A DNA stretch of 64,000 nucleotides from NCBI RefSeq assembly GCF_006345805.1, contig NC_043001.1, positions 107,880,001 to 107,944,000 on the forward strand. The letters are read 5' to 3'. Below, in pieces: positions 41,141 to 53,930 of the stretch (position 1 is the first letter of the stretch; the number at the start of each line of letters is the position of its first letter). The notes beneath the pieces are model-generated. The model searched no databases and had not been told where the DNA came from. It saw nothing but the letters and a program-made list of their open reading frames with translations. The position numbers and the translations under genes were made by a program. This stretch comes from Octopus sinensis. Taxonomy: Eukaryota.

Positions 41141-41479
41141 AATTTGGCACATTAATGTAGTTTTCCAAATGAATTGCTGGAGTTGTTTCAATTTATCCAG
41201 GAAAATGTTTTTAAAAATTATAGGTCTAAAGTTTGATCATTTTTACCCAGTCAGGAAACAGGATATGGAAGCTGTCATTTTGTGCGTGACAGCACGTAAT
41301 GACAACTGTAAACAAGTCAAATTTTGCTCTACGCACGCATATAATCCCTCATAACTTTATTTATTTTTTGATATTTCCAGAAGAATTTTGCGAATGTGTA
41401 TTCTACACATGGGAATTCATGCAATTGTCCAAAGATAAAACAAAAGAATTGCTTTTTTAAAATTTTCTAAGCAAAGTAA

Positions 41480-41850
41480 TTAAAACAAGGGCACTCAGAC
41501 AGCGCAAACCGCCGCCAAGGCAACACCAACGTCTTCTCAACGATTAGCCAGAGATGATTTTTAAAATGAAAATATCTGAAATGAACTCGATTGCCCTCAT
41601 AAACGAGAATACTAAAATGAACCTGACCGCTCTCAAAAAGTAAGTAAAAAATAAACAGGAAAAATAATCCAGAATCCTTGTCTGGTACCGGATTGATCCC
41701 AAAATCTAATCAGTTCGTGCCAGTCACAAGGCCGAACATCTCCGAAAGTTTTATCCGAATCCATCCAGCGGTTCTTTGAGATATCTTATCCACGGACAAA
41801 CAAGCACGACTGGAATCAATACTTCCGCCTTCGCTAAGGCGGAGGTAATA
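41480..41850 (+). mobile_element. Probable non-autonomous Helentron/DINE-like element
   Basis: Ends in the GC-rich hairpin ttccgcctt-cgct-aaggcggag followed by gtaat. Confidence 0.45.
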
Positions 41851-41898
41851 AATCGAAAAGAAAACAAAAGAATTTCTTTGACACGCCTACACACTCAT

Positions 41899-41931
<33 letters not shown>

Positions 41932-41933
<2 letters not shown>

Positions 41934-42113
41934 GGAAATGAAGAAAATGCTGACAAAATAATTTAAGTAAGGGAGAGTGTATTTAATTAGGTGAAAGTTC
42001 CTTTTCCATCTTCCTACCATCTTCCTGGTAGGAAGATGGAAAAAGAACTTTCACCTAATTAAATACACTTTCCCTTACTTAAATTATTTTGTCAGCATTT
42101 TCTTCCTTTCCTT
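41932..42113. repeat. Near-perfect inverted repeat, about 88-bp arms, 6-nt loop
   Basis: ...cttcctacca-tcttcc-tggtaggaag...; few mismatches. Confidence 0.95.
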
Positions 42114-42308
42114 TTTTTATATATCACAACTCGTGTTCCACACTCCTTTTTTAAATATATATATATATATATTGTCATATATACTCTTACTTCTTTCAGT
42201 TATTTGACTGTGGCCATGCTGGAGCACCGCCTTTAGTCGAGAAAATCGATCTCAGGACTTATTCTTTGTAAGCCTAGGACTTTTTATCGGTCTCTTTTGC
42301 CGAACCGC

Positions 42309-42440
42309 TAAGTTACGGTGATGTAAATACACCAGCATCGGTTGTCAAGCGATGTTAGGAGGACAAACACTGACACACAAACATACGCACACACACACAC
42401 ACAAACACACAAATACACACACACACACACACACACAAAC

Positions 42441-42507
<67 letters not shown>

Positions 42508-42519
42508 TATATATATGTA

Positions 42520-42585
<66 letters not shown>

Positions 42586-42794
42586 CATATATATATATGT
42601 GTTGTATATATATATTATATATATATGTATATATATATTATATATATGTATATATATATGTTTGTGTGTGTGTGTGTGTGTGTAGGTGTGTGTTGTTTTG
42701 TGTGTGTGTTGTGTGCGTATGTTTGTGTGTCAGTGTTTGTCCTCCTAATATCGCTTGACAACCGATGCTGGTGTATTTACATCACCGTAACTTA
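42309..42794. repeat. Fold-back duplication of a SINE B segment around a CA/TA/TG tract
   Basis: 42309-42395 is the reverse complement of about 42712-42794 with one visible mismatch. Confidence 0.9.
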
Positions 42795-42813
42795 TATATA
42801 TCTATATATATAT

Positions 42814-42846
<33 letters not shown>

Positions 42847-43679
42847 GGCAAGCTGGTTTTGCATAATTCCTTCTCTGAAAATATTCTTAAATGACAGTGG
42901 ATAGCAGATTATGCTACTGACTAGGATCGAACTGGGAACCGTGTCCTTGTGGAGTAAATTTCTAAACTACAGGGAGATTCATGCTCTCTTAATGCCATGT
43001 TTGTCTTGATATGGATCGATGCAACACGTTGTGTCCTACTTTATACATTTCATCTTATATAAACAGTGTATATCCATCCACCTATCCTGTTTGTTTCAAA
43101 TAATCTATAATATCTGTAAAGCTACATTTCCAGTTTGAAATTAAACATAAGTTGGTTTATGAGGCTCTCTTAGCTAAACAAAAGTTCGATTTCTTTTTTA
43201 GTAATATGAAAGTATATACCATTTTATGCATGTTTCTATAATAGATAAAGCATGGGCGATTAAAGAGGACATTATATTGATTTCAAGTTTTGGCACAAGG
43301 CCTGCAATTGCAAGGAGATGTTGGTTAGATGAACTCCAATGCTCAGTTGGTACTTATGTCATCGACAGAATTAAAGGCAAAGTCGACCCCGGCGGAATTT
43401 GAACTCGGAACATAAAGACCGACGGAATGCCGCTAAGCAGATTAGTTAGCATTTTCCCCCGGCATACAAACGTATTCTGCCCTAAATTTCAGACGTGCGG
43501 CAATGAAGTACCAAGTACTTACGTGTTCAAAGCCTTGAGAAATGAATATGAATTTCATTTTGGATGTTTTGTAGTCCAACATTAAATATTATAGTTCAGA
43601 ATATAATTTAATAAATCCCTTTACAAGATTTTTGTGCTCCTTTAAACGTTTCCAGTATATTTAGGATGGCCTTACACTT

Positions 43680-44030
43680 TACTCTTTTACTTGTTTCAGT
43701 CATTTGACTCTGGCCATGCTGGAGCACCGCCTTTAGTTGAGCAAATCGACCCCAGGACTTATTCTTTGTAAGCCTAGTACTTATTCTATCGGTCTCTTTT
43801 TGCCGAACCGCTACGTTACGGAGACATAAACACACAAGCATTGGTTGTCAAGCAATGTTGGGTGACAAACGCAGACACACAAACACACACACACACACAC
43901 GCATATATATGCATATATACGACCGGCTTCTTTCAGTTTCCGTTTACCAAATCCACTCATAAGGCTTTGGTCGGCCCGAGGCTATAGTTGAAGACATTTG
44001 CCCAAGATGCCACGCAGTGGGACTGAACCA
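43680..44030 (-). mobile_element. SINE family B
   Basis: Reverse complement of the consensus. Confidence 0.88.
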
Positions 44031-44045
44031 GTGGACGGCCATCAT

Positions 44046-44086
<41 letters not shown>

Positions 44087-45002
44087 TGTGTGTGCGTGCG
44101 TGCGCGCGTATCTAAATTATAGAAGTATATTTATGTATAATAGGGTACTTATAAGTACGTGCTTGCTTTGCTAAAGATAAGAGTCAAAAAAACTCCCAAG
44201 CCACAGAAGAATTATTAAATTGACACAGGCATGATAGGAAAAGAAATAAGTGAATTAGAATTGTGCCTTACCTCCGCAAAGGTTGCAGGAGGAAGGTCAG
44301 TTAATCTGATATCATGATTTTGGATTTAGCGCCTAAGGCACTCGATTCTCTTCGGCCAGATTTACCAGCAGCATATTATATATAAGTGTATTTCTATATT
44401 TTTATATACATTTATTAATTTTGCCTGTACGGCTTTTATGCTTGCGGTCACTAACGTTGTTCGTTTTATGAATAATAATGTTCTTTTATTCATATATATG
44501 TGTGTGGAGGAGGTATTTGTGTGTGCCAGTGTGTGTGTATTATATATATACATATGTGTGTGTGGTGTGTATGTGTGTGTAAATACACACATACATAAGC
44601 AGACATACACACATGCGCGCGAGTGCACGTCAGGCCGGTTAAAAGCGTTATTTATGACTTGTAAGCAAGAATTAAATCTAGTTCTCTAGCTTCAGGCACA
44701 CGGAATGCGTAATTTAAGTAAGAGCAGTTATTATTCTCTGGCCCCTGCATGGACGCGTCCCCTATTGAGTGTTGTTATGGTTACAGTAATTGGTCAGCAA
44801 CAGACGAACATCATTACATTAAACATCTTTTTCTTTCTACTTTTCTATCTCTTTTTTTCTTTATTTTATTTCATTATTTATTCTTCAGTTGCTCGTAGGT
44901 CATCGCCAAATTTTATTGACGAATTATCATCATAACACACATGAATTCAAACATACATGCATGTATATACACACGTATATACACAAAATATATACACACA
45001 TA

Positions 45003-45612
45003 CGATTGGGGTGCTGAAACGTCCCTGGCGTTAGGGATATCGCGAAAGGCCCGGCTGGAGGTCCAACCTTCCGAGTACTTTAACAGAACTTAGAAAAATT
45101 GAAGGACCGCTGTAATAAGCGTGTGAATCTGAGAGGGGAATATCTTTATATATAAAAGAGAAGTTGTGTGTCTGTCTCCTACGATTTAGATACCTAACTA
45201 CTCCCACATTTTGCGGTGCAGTTTAACCAAAAGTGGGTATCTTATAGTCGTGATTCATATCGAGCCCTTCTGGGTATTAGCGCGCGTCTACGATGAGTCT
45301 ACGATTTTAAAAAAAATTTACCATCATTTTTTTTCCATTTTCATGCATATTTTTTTAAAGGGAAGTAACTCTCTAAAAATGTCTACGATGAGTCAACGAT
45401 TTAAAAAATATTTACCATTATTTTTTTTCCATTTTTAATGCATTTTTTTTGTTATTTTTTGGCTATAACTCTCTAAAAATGCTTATATAGTTATTTCCCT
45501 TACAAACCCGAGCAACGCCGGGCGATACTGCTAGTGTTTAATAAAATCATGATTAACTGGTACTGCTGTATTTTCTTTTACCTAAAGCCAGGAACTTTTC
45601 AGCACGCCCTCG
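45003..45612 (+). mobile_element. Mariner-derived MITE carrying a nested Helitron
   Basis: TA flanks, TIRs cgattggggtgctgaaacgtccctggcgttagg / cctaaagccaggaacttttcagcacgccctcg, internal LEKLKDRCNKRVNLRGEY. Confidence 0.8.
45143..45534 (+). mobile_element. Non-autonomous Helitron
   Basis: 5' TC, subterminal hairpin cccg-agcaacgc-cggg, 3' CTAG, inserted between A and T with no TSD. Confidence 0.8.
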
Positions 45613-45876
45613 TATATACACACATCTATGGGAGATCTGCTGTCTGGTGGGTGTAAATATCTTGTTTAAAATTGAGGAAAAGAACGTCGCTGATGCACTA
45701 AAAAACAGCATTCGTATTCAGGCTATACCGTAATCCCTAGCCACGACGCGGTTCACCCATCGCGGTTCACCCATCGCGATTTATTATTTAAGCTTCTGTC
45801 AATTATTCCGTGGTGTTGTTTTGCATTTATAATAAAATAAATATATAAAATTATGAAAATAGTTTTTTAAAGTATT

Positions 45877-46270
45877 AGGAGTGGCTGTGTGGTAAGTAGC
45901 TTGCTTACCAACCACATGGTTCCGGGTTCATTCCCACTGCGTGGCACCTTGGTCAAGTGTCTTCTACTCTAGCCTCGGGCCGACCAAAACCTTGTGAGTG
46001 GATTTGGTAGACGGAAACTGAAAGAAGCCCGTCGTATATATGTATCTGTATATGTATGTGAGTGTATATGTTTGTGTGTCTTTCTTTGTCCTCCAACATC
46101 GCTTGACAACTGATGGTGGTGTGTTTACGTCCCCCGTCAATTAGCGGTTCGGCAAAAGAAACCGATAGAATAAGTACTAGGGTTCCAAAGAATAAGTCCT
46201 GAGGGTCGATTTGCTCGACTAAAGGCGGTGCTCCAGCATGGCTGCAGTCATCTAATGACTGGAAGAAATA
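45877..46270 (+). mobile_element. SINE family B, full length
   Basis: aggagtggctgtgtggtaagtagc head; near consensus. Confidence 0.9.
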
Positions 46271-46303
46271 AAATATAATATACATACATACATGCATACA
46301 TAC

Positions 46304-46337
<34 letters not shown>

Positions 46338-46689
46338 ATGAAAGAAAAAAGATGTTCAGATGTATATATATATATACACAGAGAAAGAAGGAGGTAATTA
46401 GACGGATTGTTCGTTTTGTGAGTTTGTGAAGAGGGTGTTGTGTGTGAGTCTGACTGTGTGCAATTGTTACAGATGACGCTCTAGCTATGATAACTTTATT
46501 CATTAAGACACTATTCACGGAATAATCATTTTGGCAACACTGCTCTGGCTGCGACGCAAAGGATTTACAATAGCCAAAGACTTTACTGCTGAACGTTTCA
46601 GACTTACGGATAAATATATTTTGTAAAAACGATTATTTAGCATTGAAATGTATTTCTTTTGTTAAACGGAACTTAATACTAAATGTCGT

Positions 46690-47626
46690 ATACCATACAT
46701 ACATAGTACGTACATACATACATACATACATACATACATACATACATACATACATGCATACATTCACACATACATACATACATACATACATACAGACAGA
46801 CAGACAGACAGACAGACATACACACATACATACATACACATACACACACACACACATACATACATGTATACATACATACATACATACATACATACATACA
46901 TACACACACATATATACATACAGATATACAACACACATACATACATACCCCCACACACCCACACACACACACATACATACACACATCAACATATACATAC
47001 AGACATACACCACATACATACATAATACATACATACATACCTACAGACATACCCACACACAAACACGACATCACATACTACATACCTAACATACATACAC
47101 ACATTCATACACACACACACATATATATACATACGACATACACACACACTACATACATACATACTACATACACACCATATATACATACATACACACACAA
47201 CATATATACATACAGACATACACAAACACACATACATACATACATACATACATACACACACACACCATAGATACATACAGACATACACACATACATACAT
47301 ACATACCCACACACACACACACATACATACATACATACATACATACATGCATACATACATACATACATACCCCACACACACACACACATACATACATACA
47401 CACACACATATATACATACAGATATACACACATACATACATACATACACACACACATACACACACATACGTACATACATACACACACACACATATATACA
47501 TACATACATACACACATACATACATACATACATACATACATACCCACACACACACACACACACACACACATACATACCTACATACACACATAGATACATA
47601 CATACATACATACATACATACATACA

Positions 47627-47660
<34 letters not shown>

Positions 47661-47666
47661 CATACA

Positions 47667-47699
<33 letters not shown>

Positions 47700-47700
47700 C
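46690..47700. repeat. About 1-kb (ACAT)n/(AC)n array
   Basis: Direct tandem units. Confidence 0.95.
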
Positions 47701-47729
47701 ATTCTTTCTCCGTTTATTTTCTCTTATTC

Positions 47730-47765
47730 ATTGCTGTTGAAGAGCATAGGCTCGAAACGTAAAAG
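47730..47765 (+). ncRNA. Hammerhead motif with core substitution
   Basis: CTGTTGA-AGAGC-ATAG-GCTC-GAAAC-GTA-AAAG. Confidence 0.5.
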
Positions 47766-47894
47766 TCTTTTTCATTTTCCCGAGCGTCAAACTAATACAC
47801 TTGCTTGTTGTTCACACACGGAGTTCGTTTTTTGTTATTCGATAAATTTCAACTACATACATACATAATGTTAACATATAGCTGAAGATCAGTA

Positions 47895-48140
47895 AAAAAA
47901 GAGAACCTCCTATGCTGAACTATTGAGAAATCTGCAATTACTCCATCCAGATCACAAGTTCAGGTTTATACCTGTAATTATTGGGGCTGTGGGATATGTA
48001 ACACACTACCTAAATACTAATCTTGAGAAATTAGGCTTCTCAAAACCAGAAAGGAGAAAGCTAATTCGAAGACTGCAGATCCAATCCATCACTGGAACTG
48101 TAAAAGTCAGTAAAACTTTCCAGAAGTTTACCATTTAAAT
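47895..48140 (+). mobile_element. RLE-type LINE 3' end remnant
   Basis: YAELLRNLQLLHPDHKFRFIPVIIGAVG matches the restriction-like endonuclease C-terminal IP.I.GA.G motif. Confidence 0.65.
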
Positions 48141-48285
48141 ATATATGAGTATGTCTAGATATGTAACTATAAGCATGAGAAGACATACATAAAACAAAGC
48201 ATACAAATCTGCAGACATTCATACATACATACATACATACATACGTACATACATACATAAATACATGCATACATACATACATACA

Positions 48286-48319
<34 letters not shown>

Positions 48320-48599
48320 CATACATACATACATACATACATACGTCATGGCCAGCTGGCAGAAACGTTAGGACGCCGGGCGAGATGCTTTGCAGTATTT
48401 CGTCTGTCTTCGTGTTCTGAGTTCAAATCACGCCAAGGTCAGTTTTGCCTTTCATCCTTTCGGGGTCGATAAATTAAGCACTAGTTACATACTGGGATTG
48501 ATCTAATCGATTGACCCCCTCTCCAAAAATGTCGGGCTTTTTGCCTAGAGTAGAAAAAAAAATATTGGTTTCAAACTTTGTCACAAGAAAGTGTGGGTA

Positions 48600-48770
48600 A
48601 AATGTATTTCTGTAGTTATAGGTGCGTTAGAAACTCTTCCTAAAGATTTGAACTGGACAGAGGAAATAGGAATAAAACCTAGATTAATTTAGCTCCAAAA
48701 CAGTATTATTCGAGACAGTTAAGATACTTAGGAATGTCTTGACATCTGAGGTTACTGGTTGCCCGATCTT
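48600..48770 (+). mobile_element. Degenerate R4/Dong-like 3' end
   Basis: VVIGALETLPK...ILRNVL, resembling the R4-clade terminus. Confidence 0.5.
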
Positions 48771-49094
48771 AAGAATTTGTTTTTTTCCAAGAGTCTAATC
48801 TTTTATGCGTAAATGAAATAATATCATCGACAACAGCAGCAACAAATATGATTTCTGGTAATAAAATGTACTGACCTCTCAGGTCTCAGCTGTCACAAAA
48901 AATTGATCTGGCTTTCTTTAGACTTATGGTCAATAAATCCATTAGCTTACTTTAACATTTATAATTTCTAATACAGTTGAGTGCACTATCAATAATAAAA
49001 AAAAAAAATTCATGCTGACCTCAATCTATTTCTATTCTGTTGTAATATATATGTTGAGATACGAAAAACATCGGTTTGTAATGTTTGCTTTCAG

Positions 49095-49209
49095 AAAGGG
49101 AATAAACGACGGTTATTATAATTCACATCGTCGAGGGTTCGCCAGCGACAGTGAACTGATAGAAATGGCTGACAATGAGCAGCGTGGCTTATATTTAGTT
49201 AACGTTTAA
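49095..49209 (+). CDS. Candidate terminal coding exon (KGINDGYYNSHRRGFASDSELIEMADNEQRGLYLVNV*)
   Basis: tttgctttcAG acceptor at 49093-49094; non-repetitive, open in phase 2 to TAA. Confidence 0.35.
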
Positions 49210-49284
49210 TTTTGTGTTCCGAGTTCAAATCCACACGCTCCCCCCAGCTCGCTTGACCTTTCCTGCCTTCAGGCGCAGAGAGGT

Positions 49285-49695
49285 GAAATATTCTTTTCTA
49301 TTCTAGGCACAAGGCTCGAACTTCTGGGGGAGGGGGCCAGTTGATTAGATCGACGCCAGTACGCAACTGATACTTAATATAACGACCCTCGAAAGGATGA
49401 AAGGCAAAGTCGATATCAGCGAAAGTTGAACTCAGAACGTAACAGCAGACGAAATACCTATTTCTTTACTACCTACAAGGGGGCTAAACATAGACGGGAC
49501 AATCAAAGACAGACAAACGGATTAAATCGATTACATCAACCCCTGTGCGTAACTGGTACTTAATTTATCGACCCCGAAAGGATGAAAGGCAAAGTCGACC
49601 TCGGCGGTATTTGAACTCACAACGTAACGGCAGACGAAATACCGCTAAGCATTTCGCCCGGCGTGCTAACGTTTCTGCCAGCTCGCCGCCTTAGA
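49285..49695 (-). mobile_element. SINE family A, two body units
   Basis: Head ends at ...gctcgccgcc (about 49690). Confidence 0.88.
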
Positions 49696-49971
49696 GAGGT
49701 AAAATATTATTAAGTATCGAGAAACTATATAATCACTTGTTCCCCCACCTCGCACGAAAATTCCGGGTCTTGTACTGAGATACTTATCATGTTCTTGATG
49801 CAGTCATTGGACTGCGTCCATGCTGGAGTCATGAACGGTTTCATAAAATAAATAGGGCAGAGTATTATCCTATTTTTCTTTAAGTTTCGTATTTATTCCA
49901 TCAGTTTTTTCGCCGAATCCTTAAGTATTGTTGGCGTTGGACTGTCAAGCAGTGTGGGATGACACATACGG

Positions 49972-50007
<36 letters not shown>

Positions 50008-50208
50008 CGGGCTTCCACAGAGTTTCCGTCCACCGAATTCACTCATAAGACATCAGTCCGCTACAGTAAATGGCCCTTGCCTAAGGTGCGGCGCAGTAGG
50101 ACTGAACCTAAACCACGAGGTTGTGAAGAGTATTTCTTAACCGCATAGCTTATACGTAATCAACTATAATGAACCACACCACACACACACACACACACAC
50201 ACACAAAC

Positions 50209-50256
<48 letters not shown>

Positions 50257-50302
50257 TATATATATATTATATATTATATATACATTTGTTAGGGGGACAG
50301 CA

Positions 50303-50565
50303 AAAGTTAAGCCAGGGCAAATATCTCAAGCCGAATACATTATTATTATTGGAAAAAGTTCAGTCATACAACTGTTCTTGGAATATCTCAAAGTATGAGA
50401 TATTCCGTCATCGGAGACAAATAGTGAAAATCTATACCCTTCTCATTTTCCCTATTTGTCTCCGATGACAGAATATCCCAGGAACAGCTGTAAGACATTG
50501 ACTCTTTTTTCTAATAATAATAATAACGTATATGACTTGAGATGTTTGCCTTGCCTTAACGTTTG
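50303..50565. mobile_element. Inverted pair of a pLTR-like segment with degenerate hammerheads
   Basis: 50303-50425 is the diverged reverse complement of 50452-50565; family copy at 53800-53960. Confidence 0.7.
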
Positions 50566-50721
50566 TTATCCCCTTTAACAATTATGTCTGGTGCATCGGA
50601 AATCTGCAATGGCTCCATAACTTCCGTCTCGGCTATAATCTTGGATCCCTAGCAATCCGTTACAGCACGTACCTTGCGTACCTAATCGCTTACATCACCT
50701 GTGAACTAAACCCACATACTT

Positions 50722-50760
<39 letters not shown>

Positions 50761-50763
<3 letters not shown>

Positions 50764-51390
50764 TAATTTTTACTGTATCCCAGTTTTTATACGCTAGGCC
50801 ACTTGGTGTTTTAAATTGATGTTATTAATTAATATTCAATTTTTTCACCCTTATTGTGATTTTAATTATAAATTAATATGTTCTCAAACCGGCAGTAAAT
50901 TACTGGGGTGGTATTTACATCCGGGTTTAGCGCGCGAGAATGAGGACATTTGAACGTAACTGCAGATATAATCGGCTGTGCCATTCGCCTTTGTTCGGCT
51001 TCGTGTGAATGCTGGCGTTCGACTCAGCAAATTATATTTTTTTGATATACTCTACTGAAGATCCGAAAATGATTATGTAAGTAAAATTACACAATCTATT
51101 AATGGTGAAACAATTGTATAGAGTTAATCTATTTTTTCGTTATTTTTCATTTGTCTGCTCGCTTACATTCTTGGCGCGTTGAACTAATTCTTGAGAACAA
51201 TTCTTTAGTGGTGGATTCCTTCGTGGACTATATCTAGCGTTAGAGTGAACCACATGTGGGCTCTCTCTCATTACTGGTATTAATAATTTTTACTGTATCC
51301 CAGTTTTTTATACGCTAGGCCATTGGTGTTTAATTGATGTTATTAATTAATATTCAATTTTTTCACCCTTATTGTGATTTTTAATTTATA
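50761..51390. mobile_element. 630-bp element with about 110-bp terminal direct repeats inside (TA)n
   Basis: taataatttttactgtatcccag...cacccttattgtgatttt at 50761 and 51281. Confidence 0.7.
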
Positions 51391-52039
51391 TATATATATA
51401 TATATAATAATATATATATATAATATATATATATATGATTAAAGTGTACATTTAAATGCATATTAAGAGGTATCCAGCTAGAAGGAACAGCTTAAGTCCA
51501 AACCACTAATTAGGGATAGAATCTCGAAGGGAATGAATAATAAAAACATTTACCAACTATTACCTGGACCATGGTTTCAGACTTTTTTAGCAAATAAAAT
51601 AATTTGCCAGGCGAAGTCTTCATCAACAGGTATGCCTAGATCAAACATATAAGTACAAGGCAAATCCAGCATGTGCCTCTTGCTTGTACATTATAATTTT
51701 TCAAATCCACCGCGCAAGCGCAATTTTTGCCAACAAAAAACCACGCGGTTTCCTTCAAGCATATTCACTTTCAAGTTGTTGGTAGGTGCAGGTCTATAGC
51801 AGAAGACACTTGCCCAAACTGCTGGGCAATGGTATTGAACTCTAAACTATGTCGTTGCCAAGCAAACTTATTAACTACACAGCCATGCTTTTATCTATAA
51901 AATTCGTGTGAGACTCTATGGACAATGTTAACATTCCTAATGTTGTCTCCGAAGCTAAGTCAAGAAAACACAAACTAATCTTTGACACTGATAAATATCT
52001 CTAAAATAAATGTTGTCAAGAGATAACGAGCATTTTTAT

Positions 52040-52257
52040 CTCTTGTTTACTTGTTTCAGTCATTTGACTGCGGACATGCAGGAGCACCGCCTTTAGTCGA
52101 GCAAATCGACCTCAGGACTTATTCTTTGTAAGCCTAGTACTTATTCTATCGGTCTCTCTTGCCGAACCACTAGGTTACGGGGACGCAAAAACACCAGGCA
52201 TCGGTTGTCAGCGATGGTGGGGGGCAAACACAGACACAAAACACACACACACCACAC

Positions 52258-52291
<34 letters not shown>

Positions 52292-52500
52292 ATATATAAT
52301 ATATATATATATATAATAATATATTATATATATATATATACATATATACAACGGGCTTCTTTCACTTTCCGTTTACCAAATCCACCCACAAGGCTTTAAA
52401 AAACATCTGCCCGAGTCTGCCCGAGGTGTCACGCAGTGGGACTGAACCCGGAACCATGTGGTTGGTAAGTAAGCTACTTACCACTCAGCCACTCCTGCTT
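52040..52500 (-). mobile_element. SINE family B
   Basis: Reverse complement of the consensus. Confidence 0.88.
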
Positions 52501-52758
52501 CTATCATCGATGATGTTGTATTTTTGTTTTCTTTTTACTCGAGGTCAACCTTCTTTGTGCAGAGCTACAATAAAATACATTCCAGGCAGGAACGTCCAGC
52601 CTGATTATAGGTGTATTATCAACTAGATCCTTTCTTTTCTTGAAATCTGCACTATGTGATTTCAAGCAGATTTCGCTGCTATTTCTAGCACAACGAACAA
52701 TCATATGCTAATTAACCCATAGCTTAGACCCTAGCTTGGTGAAAACAGTGGCTAAGGG

Positions 52759-52858
52759 NNNNNNNNNNNNNNNNNNNNNNNNNNNNNNNNNNNNNNNNNN
52801 NNNNNNNNNNNNNNNNNNNNNNNNNNNNNNNNNNNNNNNNNNNNNNNNNNNNNNNNNN
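52759..52858. other. Assembly gap (100 N)
   Basis: Run of n. Confidence 1.
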
Positions 52859-53228
52859 GTATGGGTGTATGTCTGTGTGTGTGTATGTCTGAAGTAGGTA
52901 TGTATGTGTATGTATGTATGTGTGTGTGTGTGCAGGTATGTGTGTGTATGTGTGTGTGTGAGTAGGTGTGCGTGTATGTATGTGGGTAGGGATATATATA
53001 TATATATACATATATATATTAGTTAAAAGTTACGATAAAAGTATCATTATAGCTATAAATATATTATTATGATTAATGTCACTGAAAATTTGAAAAAAAA
53101 GGCTAACTTTGAAATATTTTGATAAAAATAAACGACAATTACACCTGTTTTCTATTTTCATAACTGTATACCTACACGCTTACATATATATACATAAATA
53201 CATACATATATGTGTGTGTGTAAATACC

Positions 53229-53284
<56 letters not shown>

Positions 53285-53531
53285 CTTGTCCCAACGTTCG
53301 AAACGCGGAGTAGATAAAACGGCACAACTGATGAAGGGATTGTTCTTTATGCTGCATGTCTCGTTTCTCCATTTTTTCTTTCGTTGTTCGAAACATTTTC
53401 GTTTTCCATGTTTTTGTTTTTTTATGCTCTCGTTTTTCAATTTGTTCACATTTTTTACGTCCTGTACCCATATATGCATGTATATATAAATATATATACA
53501 TAGGCATGTACATATTTGTATGTATATATGC

Positions 53532-53586
<55 letters not shown>

Positions 53587-53874
53587 AATCTATCTATCTA
53601 TCTATCTATCTATATATATATATATATATATATACATACACAAAATATGGGGTTTAGTTCGCAGGTGATCTAAACGACTAAACGACTAGGTACGCTAGGT
53701 AATTGTTGTAACCGATTACTAGGGCTCCAAGGTTATAGCCGAGACGCTAGTTATGGAATCATTGCAGATTTCCGATATAGCGGATATATAATTGTTAAAG
53801 AGGACAACGAACGTTAAGGCAAGGCAAACATCTCAAGTTATATACATTATTATTATTGGAAAAAATGATTCAAA

Positions 53875-53930
53875 ATCTTACAGCTGTTTCTGGGATATCC
53901 CAGAGTATGGGATATTCCGTCATCAGAGAC
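53875..53930 (-). ncRNA. Minimal hammerhead motif with long stem II
   Basis: Minus strand: GTCT-CTGATGA-CGGAATATCCCA-tactc-TGGGATATCCCA-GAAAC-AGCT-GTA-AGAT. Confidence 0.62.

Noticed and set aside
44270-44310. Minus-strand LTDLPPATFAE followed by GTAAGG, LRR-like exon
   Set aside because: Poor polypyrimidine tract at the only compatible acceptor, and stops in all frames just upstream.
51050-51085. CTGAAGA-TCC-GAAA as a hammerhead
   Set aside because: No room for stem II and no stem I or III pairing.
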